A DNA stretch of 64,000 bases from Candidatus Bathyarchaeota archaeon (GCA_963769425.1 CAVYLP010000006.1:800001-864000); one strand, 5' to 3'. Numbered from the stretch's first letter, positions 51,548 through 60,978 are shown. The notes: generated from the letters alone by a model not told the origin. Program-made: numbers and translations.

Positions 51548-52414
51548 TTGGACCTCAGCGCCGTCCCCCCGATGCTCTTCATAGTATCCGGGATAGTCAC
51601 CATCACAGGCATCAACGTCACCAACAGGTTCGCCATCGGATTTATCAAGACCCGCTGGGGCGTAATCGCCGCGAACTACTGCACGGCCCTCGCACTCAGC
51701 GCTGGGATGTTCCTCATAAATGGCCTCCCCCCAGCCTCGGCCCTCACCCTCGGCCTCGGCTTCGTCACCGGCTTCCTCTACATCGGCGGCATGTACCTCG
51801 GCATGACAACCATCGGCAGACGCGGGGCGTCGATAGCCGTCTCCGCCAATCAGCTATCCGTCCTCATCCCCGTCAGCCTATCAGTCCTCGTCTTCGGCGA
51901 GAGCCTGAGGACAAATCAGTTAATCGGCGTCGCCGTGGCGCTCATCTCCCTTCCCCTCCTCGCTGCCAAGATAGGCGGGGGCCTGAACGGGTCACTTGAC
52001 AGGGAGACCCTTGTCCTCATAATCACCCAGCTCTTCGTGCAGGGATTCGCACAGTTCTCCTCCAAGGTACTCGTCGCGTCAGGCCTCGGCCCGGAGAGGG
52101 ACGCCTTCTTCCTCGCCGTCTTCACCTCCGCGACACTCGTCACCGTCCCCGTCGCCCTAAGGCACCGCGCCGAGATAGCTAGGAAGGACTACGCCTACGG
52201 GGGCGTCGTCGGTGCCTGCAACATCGGCGGTAACCTCTCCATCCTGCTTGCCTTGGCAGCCCTCCCCGGCGCGATAGTGTTCCCCCTAGTCAATTCAGGA
52301 GGCCTCCTGCTCGTCACAATAATCGCCTGGCTCCTCTTCAAGGAGCGAATAAACAGGGTAAACGCCCTCGGCATCGCCTTGACCCTCGCAGCGGTCCTTC
52401 TCATCAACATCTAG
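51548..52414 (+). CDS. DMT/EamA family transporter
   Basis: About 10 TM helices, VFGE and LFKE repeats typical of EamA. Confidence 0.85.
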   Translation: MDLSAVPPMLFIVSGIVTITGINVTNRFAIGFIKTRWGVIAANYCTALALSAGMFLINGLPPASALTLGLGFVTGFLYIGGMYLGMTTIGRRGASIAVSANQLSVLIPVSLSVLVFGESLRTNQLIGVAVALISLPLLAAKIGGGLNGSLDRETLVLIITQLFVQGFAQFSSKVLVASGLGPERDAFFLAVFTSATLVTVPVALRHRAEIARKDYAYGGVVGACNIGGNLSILLALAALPGAIVFPLVNSGGLLLVTIIAWLLFKERINRVNALGIALTLAAVLLINI

Positions 52415-52440
52415 CACATACGTAGCGGTGGGCTCTCAGT

Positions 52441-52830
52441 CTATCCCTTAACCTTCCCCTCTGGCCTGATCCTCATCGCTGACCAGTCGCCATCCATCGA
52501 GACGAGTGCAACCGGCCTGTATCCCGTTGGCTTGATCAGCTCCCAGATTATGTCCCTGTTAAGGTCGGTCTTGATCGATGAACCGCCCTTCGGATACGCG
52601 AGCCAGAGAAGGCTGTCCTCCTCGATCCCCCTGATCGTCTCAGCGAATAACCGGTCCAGCTCAGACATGTTCCTGATGAACAGGATGGTAAACTGGGCTT
52701 TTGGTGCCTTCAGAGACTTTGAGAAGCCTAGACCGCTGAAGACTTCCTCATACTCCCTCGGTGCATTCAGCACCACCGCCCTAAGATCGGCACTGTACCT
52801 CAGCTTCTTTAGAAGGCTCTCGGTATCCAT
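52441..52830 (-). CDS. Conserved hypothetical protein (DUF3052-like)
   Basis: LWLAYPK, TDLNRD, WSAMR pattern recognised from memory. Confidence 0.7.
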   Translation of the reverse strand: MDTESLLKKLRYSADLRAVVLNAPREYEEVFSGLGFSKSLKAPKAQFTILFIRNMSELDRLFAETIRGIEEDSLLWLAYPKGGSSIKTDLNRDIIWELIKPTGYRPVALVSMDGDWSAMRIRPEGKVKG

Positions 52831-52951
52831 CGATGAAAAAACGATGCTGGGCTTAATGAAGGCGACTCTTTACCCCGCGCGCGCAGAGTTTAGCATTTTT
52901 GAGATTGCTGCACTCCAATTTTTATTTACTAGAGCGCTCAGTTACTAGTGA

Positions 52952-53714
52952 TTGATTATGGATACTAATTCATTGATCACTTTAATCCTCGTATTGGTGG
53001 TAGCCCTGATTCTAGTGTACGCGGTATACTACGTCTCAAAGGCTCGAAAAAGGAAGCCAGCCGCAACTGTAGTCTCCGAGCCGAAGCCGCAGAGCACCCC
53101 AGTCGAGCCGCCGAAGGTCGAAACTAGTGATGCCCGTCGAAAAACCCGCGCCACCACCTCCTCCGGTCGAGGCACCGAAGCCCGAACCCGTTCAAGTGGT
53201 CGCACCCAAGACACAGAGTGCGGTTATCGAAGCTCCTAAGGCAGAGACGAAGCCAGAGGCGGAGCCAGAGCCCAAACCGGCTGGTCAAGTCGTGGAGAAA
53301 AAGGAACGCGGCTTCAGTGTCATTAGCATAGAGGGAATAGGCAAGGTATACGCGGAGAAGCTCCATACCGTAAACATCTATCACACCTCTGATCTTCTGA
53401 GGATCGGCGCGACGCCACAGGGGAGGCGTGACCTCGCCGAGAAGACCGGCATCTCGCATGAGCTCATCCTTGAGTGGGTGAACCTCGCAGACCTCTTCAG
53501 GATCAAGGGGATCGGCGAGGAATACTCCGACCTGCTAGAGGAGGCGGGCGTCGACACGGTTGTGGAGCTATCCCACAGGAACGCTGCGAATCTTCACACC
53601 AAGATGCTGGAGGTGAACGAGGCGAAGAAGCTCGTCAAGCGGCAGCCCTCCCTGGCGAGTGTCGAGGCTTGGGTGAAAGAGGCAAAGACCCTTCCCCGAG
53701 TGATAGAGTACTGA
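52952..53714 (+). CDS. Membrane-anchored DUF4332-like (helix-hairpin-helix) protein, frameshift near 53122
   Basis: TM helix plus Pro/Glu/Lys linker (ORF 52952-53239) continuing into IEGIG...ADLFRIKGIGEEYSDLLEEAGVDTV (ORF 53127-53714). Confidence 0.82.
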
Positions 53715-54183
53715 CTTTTTTCCTGCGCGCTGCCTTGTCCCTAAATTGACAATAGATGGTCTAAAATGGTCCTAAACACCATTAAGCCAAATAAGGCACC
53801 AAATGCACCCTTTCGACATCGAGATCCTGTTCCAACACACTCAGCTATATAATAGCGTCGTCATCGGGGACACGTCGCCGGAACCATCTGAAACGCGTCG
53901 AAAACCGTTGAATATCGATTGAAAACCGTTGCATTCCGTGTGCCTTCAACATCCATTGAAGGGCGTGGATCGCGGTTCATTGAACGATGTGAATAGAGGC
54001 GGGTTGAGTGGACGCCATTCAATCGAAGGCGTAACCCAGTCTAGATGTATTCAGTCATCGGTGTGAAGGGTGTCCCGTGGAAACACCTTATTAGTGGTTA
54101 CCACTTACAGGGAAACATCGTTGCAAGCGGGTTGACGAAGGCGAGTAAGACATTCAAGAGATCCTCTCAGCCGGTGATGGGGG

Positions 54184-54435
54184 TTATGACGATTTAAAAC
54201 CGGTATTAATCAATAAAGGGACAAGACAGCGCGTGTCGAGGTGTGCGTAGCTGATCAGGATAGCCTCCACGCTTGACTTTGGCCATTGTGTGTGGTCGAT
54301 GTCTGATGTGATTAGGTCTCCGCGGTAAACGTTGATCTTGGGGATCATGTCGAGGTTGATGAGGTCGTAGATGCCCATGTTGATGCGCTCATTGAGAAAA
54401 TCCTGATAGTACTCAATGTACTTGGCAAAGTTCAT
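54184..54435 (-). pseudogene. Possible gene fragment of unknown family
   Basis: 83-codon frame with protein-like composition and C-ending codons; upstream frame broken. Confidence 0.3.
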
Positions 54436-54600
54436 CCAGAGTCGAGGAGGATACTCTGGCTTTTCTTATCTCTCTCTGGGACATCCCCCTGACCCAGTCG
54501 TGGTAAATTTCTCTATGGCGCGCGCAGGAGGGTCAAAAATAGTAGGCAATATTATAGACTCTTTAGTCAATAAAAAACAGCTGATTTTAGAGCACGACTT

Positions 54601-54630
54601 TGGTGAGGGGGGAGGGATTCGAACTCTCGA
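54601..54630 (-). repeat. Degenerate tRNA 3'-end fragment (att-like remnant)
   Basis: Minus strand reads GAGAG-TTCGAAT-CCCTC-CCCCCTC-A-CCA, i.e. T-arm, acceptor 3' strand and CCA with no 5' half. Confidence 0.7.
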
Positions 54631-54693
54631 AAATATTGAATCAGAGTTGTATTTTTATTTCAACATGTAGACCTGAAAAATAATTATTAGAAT

Positions 54694-54781
54694 TGGTGCG
54701 GAGGATGGGATTCGAACCCATGAACCCCTTCGGGATAGGAGCCTCAGTCCTACGCCTTTGGCCTAGCTGGGCGACCTCCGC
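54694..54781 (-). tRNA. tRNA-Leu (GAG)
   Basis: Acceptor GCGGAGG/CCTCCGC, anticodon arm TAGGA-CTGAGGC-TCCTA, long variable arm, GGTTCGAATCC, encoded CCA. Confidence 0.96.
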
Positions 54782-54806
54782 CCACCACTGTTAGCCGACA
54801 TCGCCC

Positions 54807-54813
54807 ATTTATA
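54807..54813 (-). promoter_or_regulatory. TATA box for tRNA-Leu
   Basis: TATAAAT on the minus strand 26-32 nt upstream of the tRNA 5' end. Confidence 0.6.
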
Positions 54814-54832
54814 GGTTTGCCGACGCGCGGGA

Positions 54833-54907
54833 TGGGGCCTCTGCTGGGAGTCGAACCCAGGTCAAGGGATCCACAGTCCCATATGCTACCGTTACACCAC
54901 AGAGGCC
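54833..54907 (-). tRNA. tRNA-His (GTG) with genome-encoded G-1
   Basis: G-GCCTCTG/CAGAGGC-C-CCA acceptor, anticodon loop CT-GTG-GA, GGTTCGACTCC. Confidence 0.95.
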
Positions 54908-55039
54908 GCGCGGAAAAAGGGATACAGGGGATACATTAAAAGGGTTTCGCGGAAAAGCGACAGTAACAACTTGTGAGTACCGGACGCCCCCATCCACGGT
55001 GAGTTCCGCTTATAAACCAACCAACCCACTCCAAACTAA

Positions 55040-56308
55040 AAGGGGGCAAACGAGACGGCGACCAAGAGACACGGCGGCCTCACCGATTGGCTCAGGTCCG
55101 AGTTCGGATTCATAGCGGGCAACTTCCTCATCATGGTCACCAGCTGGCTCGTCCTCGACTTCGCCAGCGAGCTGCCCGCCACCTACTACCCCCTCTACAT
55201 CCAGGCACTCGGCGGCACGGCCGCGAGCATCGGCCTCATCGGCGCCATCGAGGGCATCAGCAGGGGCATCGTTCAGATACCCGGAGGCTACCTCGCCGAT
55301 AAGTACGGGCGCAAGTGGCTCATCGCCTCAATGACCTTCGTCGCCGCCTTCAGCCGGCTCCTCTACGTCTTCGCCCCAACATGGGAGTGGATAGCCGTCG
55401 GCGCACTACTAGCGGGGGTCACCAACATCTACGGCCCCGCGCTCATGGCGATAGTCGCAGACTCTGTGCCGAAGGAGAAGCGGGGGATGGCCTTCAGCAT
55501 AATCAACTTGATCAACAGCGTCTCCACGACCCCCGCCCCCCTCCTGGCCGGCCTCCTCTACCTGAGGATGGGCCTCGTGCCTAGCATGAGGCTCGGCTAC
55601 GGTGTAGCCTTCGCCGGCTTCCTGATCGCCGCCCTGATGAGGACGAGGCTCAAGGAGACCGTCGAGAAGCCCGAGAAGTTCAGCGCGGGGGACGTCGTGG
55701 CAACGATACTGGGCTCGATGCGTGAGAGCTTCAGCGTATGGCACCTCGTTCCCCGCTCCGCCCTCGTCTTCTTCATCGCCAATTTCGCTGCCAGCTTCGC
55801 CATCGGCCTCTTCCAGCCCGTCATAACCCTCTACGTCGTCGACGACCTCAGGATCGACCCGGTCACCCTCTCCTACATCATGACGGCGATGTTCGTCGCC
55901 ATGATCATGGTCGCCATACCCAGCGGGAAGCTCATAGACAGGATTGGTCGAAAGAAGCCCCTCATAATAGCGGGGATAGCCTCGATAGCTTGGGTCCCGC
56001 TACTCGTCTGGGGGGACTTCACGCGGCTGATCCTCGCGATGACACTCGCTGGGCTCCTAATAGTCCTCTTCAACTCCGCGGGGAACACGCTCTTCGCGGA
56101 CCTCATACCAAAGGAGCACCGGGGTAAGGCGAATGGCGCCCTGTTCTTCTTCGGGGCGATAGCGATGTCCGCCGGGATGATGGTAGGCGGCTGGCTCTAT
56201 GACAACGTCAACCACCAGCTCCCCTTCTGGGGGGAGGCCGCCATAATGGCTGTCTCCACCCTAATCCTCGTGCTCTTCATCAAGGAACCAGAGAAAGTCG
56301 AGGACTAA
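55040..56308 (+). CDS. MFS transporter
   Basis: GGYLADKYGRK and GKLIDRIGRKK motif A copies; frame open from 55040, first ATG at 55133. Confidence 0.9.
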   Translation, partial: KGANETATKRHGGLTDWLRSEFGFIAGNFLIMVTSWLVLDFASELPATYYPLYIQALGGTAASIGLIGAIEGISRGIVQIPGGYLADKYGRKWLIASMTFVAAFSRLLYVFAPTWEWIAVGALLAGVTNIYGPALMAIVADSVPKEKRGMAFSIINLINSVSTTPAPLLAGLLYLRMGLVPSMRLGYGVAFAGFLIAALMRTRLKETVEKPEKFSAGDVVATILGSMRESFSVWHLVPRSALVFFIANFAASFAIGLFQPVITLYVVDDLRIDPVTLSYIMTAMFVAMIMVAIPSGKLIDRIGRKKPLIIAGIASIAWVPLLVWGDFTRLILAMTLAGLLIVLFNSAGNTLFADLIPKEHRGKANGALFFFGAIAMSAGMMVGGWLYDNVNHQLPFWGEAAIMAVSTLILVLFIKEPEKVED

Positions 56309-56982
56309 ACTAGACCCTTTCCCTGCAGGTAGTCGGGCAGCTCCCTGACGCTGGGGAGGATGGCGTCTGGCTTTGCCGCTTCTATCTTCTCTCTCCTCTG
56401 CGTGCCGGTGAGGACCGCCACCGTGTGAGCCTTCGCGTTGTGCCCCTCCTCTATTCCTATAGCAGTGTCGTCGACCTTGACGACCTCCGCCGGGTCCCTG
56501 ATGTGGCAGTGGCGCATGGTTCGCCTAATCATGGCGGGGCTCGGCCTCTCCTCGTCCACGATCTCGCTGCACGTCCAGTAGTCGATGAGGCCCGACTCCA
56601 CCCATCCTAGGTGCTTGACGATGTCGTGGGTGACGACGGCGGGGAAGCCGCTCTCAACACCGACCGCGACGTCGTGCTCCCTGAGCCATCTGAAGGTGTC
56701 CGATGTGCCCTGGATCTCCTTCACCCTCCCAATATTGGCCTGGAGCATCTCGACGAAGTCCTTGTAGATGGCCGGCGCCTCGTCCCCACCGAGCATGTTT
56801 ATGACCTCCCTCTTGTCGCGACCACGCATGTCGTTCAGGGTCTCCATTGGGACCTCCACACCGTGGCGCCGGAAGGCGTCGTCGTAGCTGCGCAGGACGA
56901 GTGGCATACCGTCGATCACGTCGTCGACAGTTGTACCAGCCATGTCGAAGACTGCTAAGCGAATCCTCGCCACTATCACCAC
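56305..56982 (-). CDS. HAD-superfamily phosphonatase-like hydrolase
   Basis: FDMAGTTVD motif I, RPSPAMI, KVDDT, VLTG. Confidence 0.87.
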   Translation of the reverse strand: MVIVARIRLAVFDMAGTTVDDVIDGMPLVLRSYDDAFRRHGVEVPMETLNDMRGRDKREVINMLGGDEAPAIYKDFVEMLQANIGRVKEIQGTSDTFRWLREHDVAVGVESGFPAVVTHDIVKHLGWVESGLIDYWTCSEIVDEERPSPAMIRRTMRHCHIRDPAEVVKVDDTAIGIEEGHNAKAHTVAVLTGTQRREKIEAAKPDAILPSVRELPDYLQGKGLV

Positions 56983-57498
56983 TCGTCCACGGAGACTATC
57001 TCACTAATCTCCTTACGCTTCCCCGGAAACGTCCACTTCGGGTCCTTTGGGTAACCGAGCGGGGTCACGGCTGTGACATTCCATCCCGGCGGGATCTCCA
57101 GGAGTTCCTTGATAGAATCGTTGTCGAACAGGCCGATCCAGCAGGTGCCGAGTCCCTCCTCACGTGCAGCGAGGATGAGGTGGGTGAGGCCAATCGCTGA
57201 GTCGATCAGGAAGCTCATCTCACCCATGTAGCCGCCGCGGTCGTACTTTATGTCGCTTCCGCAGGCGACGACGATTATGGGTGCATCCGCGATCCAGGGT
57301 TGGCCACCGCTTAATGTGGCAATCTTCTTCTTCAGCTCAGGGTTTTTGATGAGGACGTACTTCCAGGGCTGCCTGTTGCTTCCCTGAGGGGGCGACCCTC
57401 GCCGCCTCGAGGACCCTGCTGAGAACATCCTCGGGTATTTCTGTTGACTTGTAGCTGCGGATGCTACGCCTCGTTTTGATGACGTCGTAGAATTCCAT
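56976..57498 (-). CDS. Nitroreductase family protein (frameshift near 57383)
   Basis: IKTRRSIRSY, APSG.NRQPW, EGLGTCWIG, PLGYP. Confidence 0.92.
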
Positions 57499-57617
57499 CG
57501 TTATCGTTTGTCTTTGGTGTGTTGCGAAATTTAAATAGGTTGCACGCCGATGGGTATTTCTTCGAAGCGTCATGGCATGTTTTATCTATAGGCAGCGTGC
57601 ATCTCGTCCCGATTTAT

Positions 57618-58427
57618 ATGCAGACAGTAAACCTCGCCGGCTTGAAGGTTAGCCGGCTCTGCTTCGGGACCGAGCCCTTCAACTTCAAGAAGGGACCCGA
57701 CGACGACATGACGCAGGGTGACAAGACTCCCGCTCAGGGTGGTGAGATTCTGGCGGAGGCGTCGAGGCTCGGCGTCTACATGTGGGACACCTCGGACGAC
57801 TACGGGACGCACCCGCACGTCAGGGAGGGGCTGAAGCTGGTGAAGAGGAGCAGCGTCGTGGTCTCGGACAAGTCGAACGCAGCCACCTACGAGCAGGGCG
57901 TTCAGGCCGTCGAATTCGCCCGCAAGGATCTCGGCACCGAGTACATCGACATCATGTTCCTCCACATAGTGCCACCGAGGCCCATCGAGAGGAAAGACGC
58001 GAACGATCGCCCCTACATTAGCCAAGACCTGAAGGGACGGAAGGGTACCCTTGAGGCGTACATGGAGGCGAGGGACTCCGGCCTCATCAAGAAGATAGCA
58101 CTCTCTACGCATAGCACCGACACCCTCCGCCAGGTCCTCGACGAACCAGAGATCGACATCGTCTGCGCACCCCTCAACATGCGTGGCACGTACGTCGACG
58201 ACGGCACTCAGCAGGAGCGCCTCGATGCGCTAAAGGCGCTACACGATGCGGGGAAGGGTGTCTACGTTATCAAGATACTCGCGGCTGGCAGATACAGGGC
58301 GGAGGGGGATGATTGCATCAGGTACGCGCTCGGCTTCCACGACTTCATCGACGCTTGGAATATTGGCATGTACGACGTCGCGGACGTGAAGCATAACATC
58401 GCTCTTTTCGCCGGCACGCTCGGGTAG
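57618..58427 (+). CDS. Aldo/keto reductase
   Basis: VSRLCFGT, WDTSDDYG, LGTEYIDIMFLH, LSTH, IKILAAG. Confidence 0.88.
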   Translation: MQTVNLAGLKVSRLCFGTEPFNFKKGPDDDMTQGDKTPAQGGEILAEASRLGVYMWDTSDDYGTHPHVREGLKLVKRSSVVVSDKSNAATYEQGVQAVEFARKDLGTEYIDIMFLHIVPPRPIERKDANDRPYISQDLKGRKGTLEAYMEARDSGLIKKIALSTHSTDTLRQVLDEPEIDIVCAPLNMRGTYVDDGTQQERLDALKALHDAGKGVYVIKILAAGRYRAEGDDCIRYALGFHDFIDAWNIGMYDVADVKHNIALFAGTLG

Positions 58428-58488
58428 TCGGAACCCCCTGTTTTTTTATCCCGACAGGCGCTTCTCTCCATCAGCCGGTCGTGTAGAC

Positions 58489-59685
58489 GTGCCTTCGCTC
58501 AGCAAATACCTCGCCCTAGAGGGGAACATACGGGTCCTCGCGCTCCAGACCCTTATCTCCCAGCTGGGCTTCGGGATGCTGATCGTCGTCTGGCAACCCT
58601 ACATGCTATCCGTGGGGCTGACGGTCGTCGACCTCGGGATTATCCAGAGCCTGATCAACTTCAGCACGGCTGCGGGGCTCTTTATCTGGGGCCCCCTCTC
58701 GGATATGTTTGGGAGGAAGCGGGTCATGCTCCTCGGCCACGCGTCGAGGGTCGCCGCCGTCCTCGCCCTCATCGTCTCCGGTAACCCCGTCTTCCTCTAC
58801 GTCTTCGCCTTCTTTATCGGTTTCAGCACGCTATGGTACCAAATGAACCCGGCCCGGACGGCGCTCATGGCCGAATCCGTGTCGAGCGAGAGAAGGGCGA
58901 CCGCGTATGGCACACTGATGGCCATCAATCAGGGGACGAACATGGTCATGGCCTCTGTCGGTGGCTACCTCGCCATAGTCACGGGTTACTGGTGGATATT
59001 CGCCATCACGATAGTGGGTGAGATCATCGGCATCGTCATAATGGCCCTCTTCGTGAAGGAGACCCACAACGTCGGAGGCACTAACGGCAGGGATGTCGGG
59101 AACAGGATAATCGCAAACCTGAGGCCCGAGAGGGAACTAATGCCAATCTACCTGATGATGGTGGTGATGGGCATCGGCTACGGAGTAGGCTACTCACTAT
59201 TCTACGGCGCACTCACGGACACCTACAAATTCACGACGCTGGAGCTGGGCTTGATGTCGACTGCGTCTGCTCTCGCTTGGGCGTTGGGGTCGATTCCCAC
59301 TGGGAAGCTCTCGGAGCGGATGGGCGCGCGGGTCGGTGTCATGCTCTCCACCGCGTCGGCGCTAATCACAGTCGTCGGCTTCATCCTCTTCAGGAGCTTC
59401 GCCGCGTTCCTACTCTTCAGCGTCTTCAACGGCCTCGACCCGTGCTTCTGGATACCGAACTGGACAAGCATCATCGCGGAGGGGACTCCCGCCAAGATAC
59501 GCTCCTCAATCTTCGGGAAGCTGGACGCCTACAACCGGTTCGCGAGTATACCCGCCCCGTTCATTGGCGGCCTCATCTACGCCGGTTACGGCTTCACGGC
59601 GCCTCTCCTCATCCACCTAGTCTGTCTGCTGATCTGGGGATACATGTTGGTCAGGATCACGGCGAAGCCAAAGGCCTCTACTTGA
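58489..59685 (+). CDS. MFS transporter
   Basis: GPLSDMFGRK and GKLSERMG motif A copies, about 12 TM segments. Confidence 0.9.
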   Translation: MPSLSKYLALEGNIRVLALQTLISQLGFGMLIVVWQPYMLSVGLTVVDLGIIQSLINFSTAAGLFIWGPLSDMFGRKRVMLLGHASRVAAVLALIVSGNPVFLYVFAFFIGFSTLWYQMNPARTALMAESVSSERRATAYGTLMAINQGTNMVMASVGGYLAIVTGYWWIFAITIVGEIIGIVIMALFVKETHNVGGTNGRDVGNRIIANLRPERELMPIYLMMVVMGIGYGVGYSLFYGALTDTYKFTTLELGLMSTASALAWALGSIPTGKLSERMGARVGVMLSTASALITVVGFILFRSFAAFLLFSVFNGLDPCFWIPNWTSIIAEGTPAKIRSSIFGKLDAYNRFASIPAPFIGGLIYAGYGFTAPLLIHLVCLLIWGYMLVRITAKPKAST

Positions 59686-60250
59686 CGCCTACAACCCTAC
59701 GAATATCGTCCTGTATCTCGGGGATCGACCTGTTCCCGTTTACTATTATCCACTTGCCGTCTGAGACGAGGTCCAGCGCCTTATCCGAAGTTTCGCTGAG
59801 TTCGTCGATGGTCTCGAAGCGCTCCGTCTTTACCCTATTGTCGACTACGCGGCGGAACGCCTCGTCGGGGGATACGTTCAGGTAGATGAGGCTACCCTTC
59901 GTGGGTACTATCTTGGCGAAGAATTTGTAGGCGAGCTTGTGAGCGGGGGCTGGGAGGTACGCGGTGCCCATGAGGTATCGGACGAAGATGACGTAGTCCA
60001 CCCTCCTCCAGTGGTAGAGGGTTATGCTCCTGATCACGTCGGCGAGGTAGAATAGACTCGCAGCGATGTGCGCCTTCTTTCCCTCGATGAAGAGGTACTC
60101 GCGCCCCTTGACTCCGAAGAAGTTGTCCTCGCTAGGGTGGCTCCTGAGGACGTAGGTCTTCCCAAGTCCCCTCAGGTGCTCGGCGAGCATCTCCGCCTGA
60201 GTGCTCTTCCCAGAGGCGTCGAGTCCATCGATTACCACTAACATGGACAT
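59678..60250 (-). CDS. Thymidylate-kinase-like P-loop kinase (atypical)
   Basis: IDGLDASGKSTQ P-loop; canonical DR(Y/F) appears as VRY. Confidence 0.85.
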   Translation of the reverse strand: MSMLVVIDGLDASGKSTQAEMLAEHLRGLGKTYVLRSHPSEDNFFGVKGREYLFIEGKKAHIAASLFYLADVIRSITLYHWRRVDYVIFVRYLMGTAYLPAPAHKLAYKFFAKIVPTKGSLIYLNVSPDEAFRRVVDNRVKTERFETIDELSETSDKALDLVSDGKWIIVNGNRSIPEIQDDIRRVVGVK

Positions 60251-60978
60251 CAGACGCCTCCCGTGAGGAGAATGAACGTGGCGGCGCCTACGAGGGGAAC
60301 GGCGACGTTATCCAGCCCCTTGGGTGACGCCCCCTCAACGACGGAGACGAGGCACGCTATGGCTAAGGCAGGCACGAGAGGGTTGAAGGTGAATGAGTAG
60401 AAGAGGCCGAAGTAAAAAAAGGCGAGGGTGAGGCTGACGAAGCTCCCGAGGAACATGCCGAGGCTCCCCTCAATGCTCTTCGTCTCGAAGACCCTGTACT
60501 TGTGTCTCCCAAAGTACTCGCCGAAGATGGCGGCGAGGCTGTCACCGTAGGCCATGGGGAAGATGCCCGCGGCTACGATGTAGGGTTTGACGCCGAAGAA
60601 GTACGCGAGGACGCTGTAGCTGATCGCGTATAGTACGAGGCCCCAGTGGTGTCCCTCCTCTGTTAGGTTGCTGAGTCCCTTCATCTTCTCCCCGAGCTTC
60701 ATGGGCGAGTTGGGGATGGCGAGGAGTGTGACGAGTATGAACGGGCTGGCGACGAGGAAGGGGTAGATGCTAGCGGTGAAGAAGGGCATGATTAGCGGCA
60801 GGTTCCCGATCATGGCGTGGAGGACCTTGCGGCTCACCTTACCCGGCAGGGAGAGGCGTGGGGAGACGACGATGAGCACCAGTATGTAGGCGTAACATCC
60901 CCCCATCACTGCTAGGTTCCAGGTGAACTCATCCAAGGCCGCGCCACCGGTCAGAAGACCTCCTAACCAGACGCCCAT
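60250..60978 (-). CDS. CTP-dependent polyprenol/phytol/diacylglycerol kinase-like membrane protein
   Basis: SRKVLH, YGDSLAAIFG, KSIEGS, LDNVAVP. Confidence 0.88.
   Translation of the reverse strand: MGVWLGGLLTGGAALDEFTWNLAVMGGCYAYILVLIVVSPRLSLPGKVSRKVLHAMIGNLPLIMPFFTASIYPFLVASPFILVTLLAIPNSPMKLGEKMKGLSNLTEEGHHWGLVLYAISYSVLAYFFGVKPYIVAAGIFPMAYGDSLAAIFGEYFGRHKYRVFETKSIEGSLGMFLGSFVSLTLAFFYFGLFYSFTFNPLVPALAIACLVSVVEGASPKGLDNVAVPLVGAATFILLTGGV

Noticed and set aside
53900-53931. Direct repeat GAAAACCGTTG x2 as a mini-CRISPR
   Set aside because: Only two 11-nt copies with a 10-nt spacer and no cas genes
54416-54670. 84-aa + strand ORF near the tRNAs
   Set aside because: Runs through the tRNA-derived fragment and AT-rich spacer; probably spurious
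54833-54907. Genome-encoded G-1 and CCA in tRNA-His
   Set aside because: Common in bacteria and many archaea
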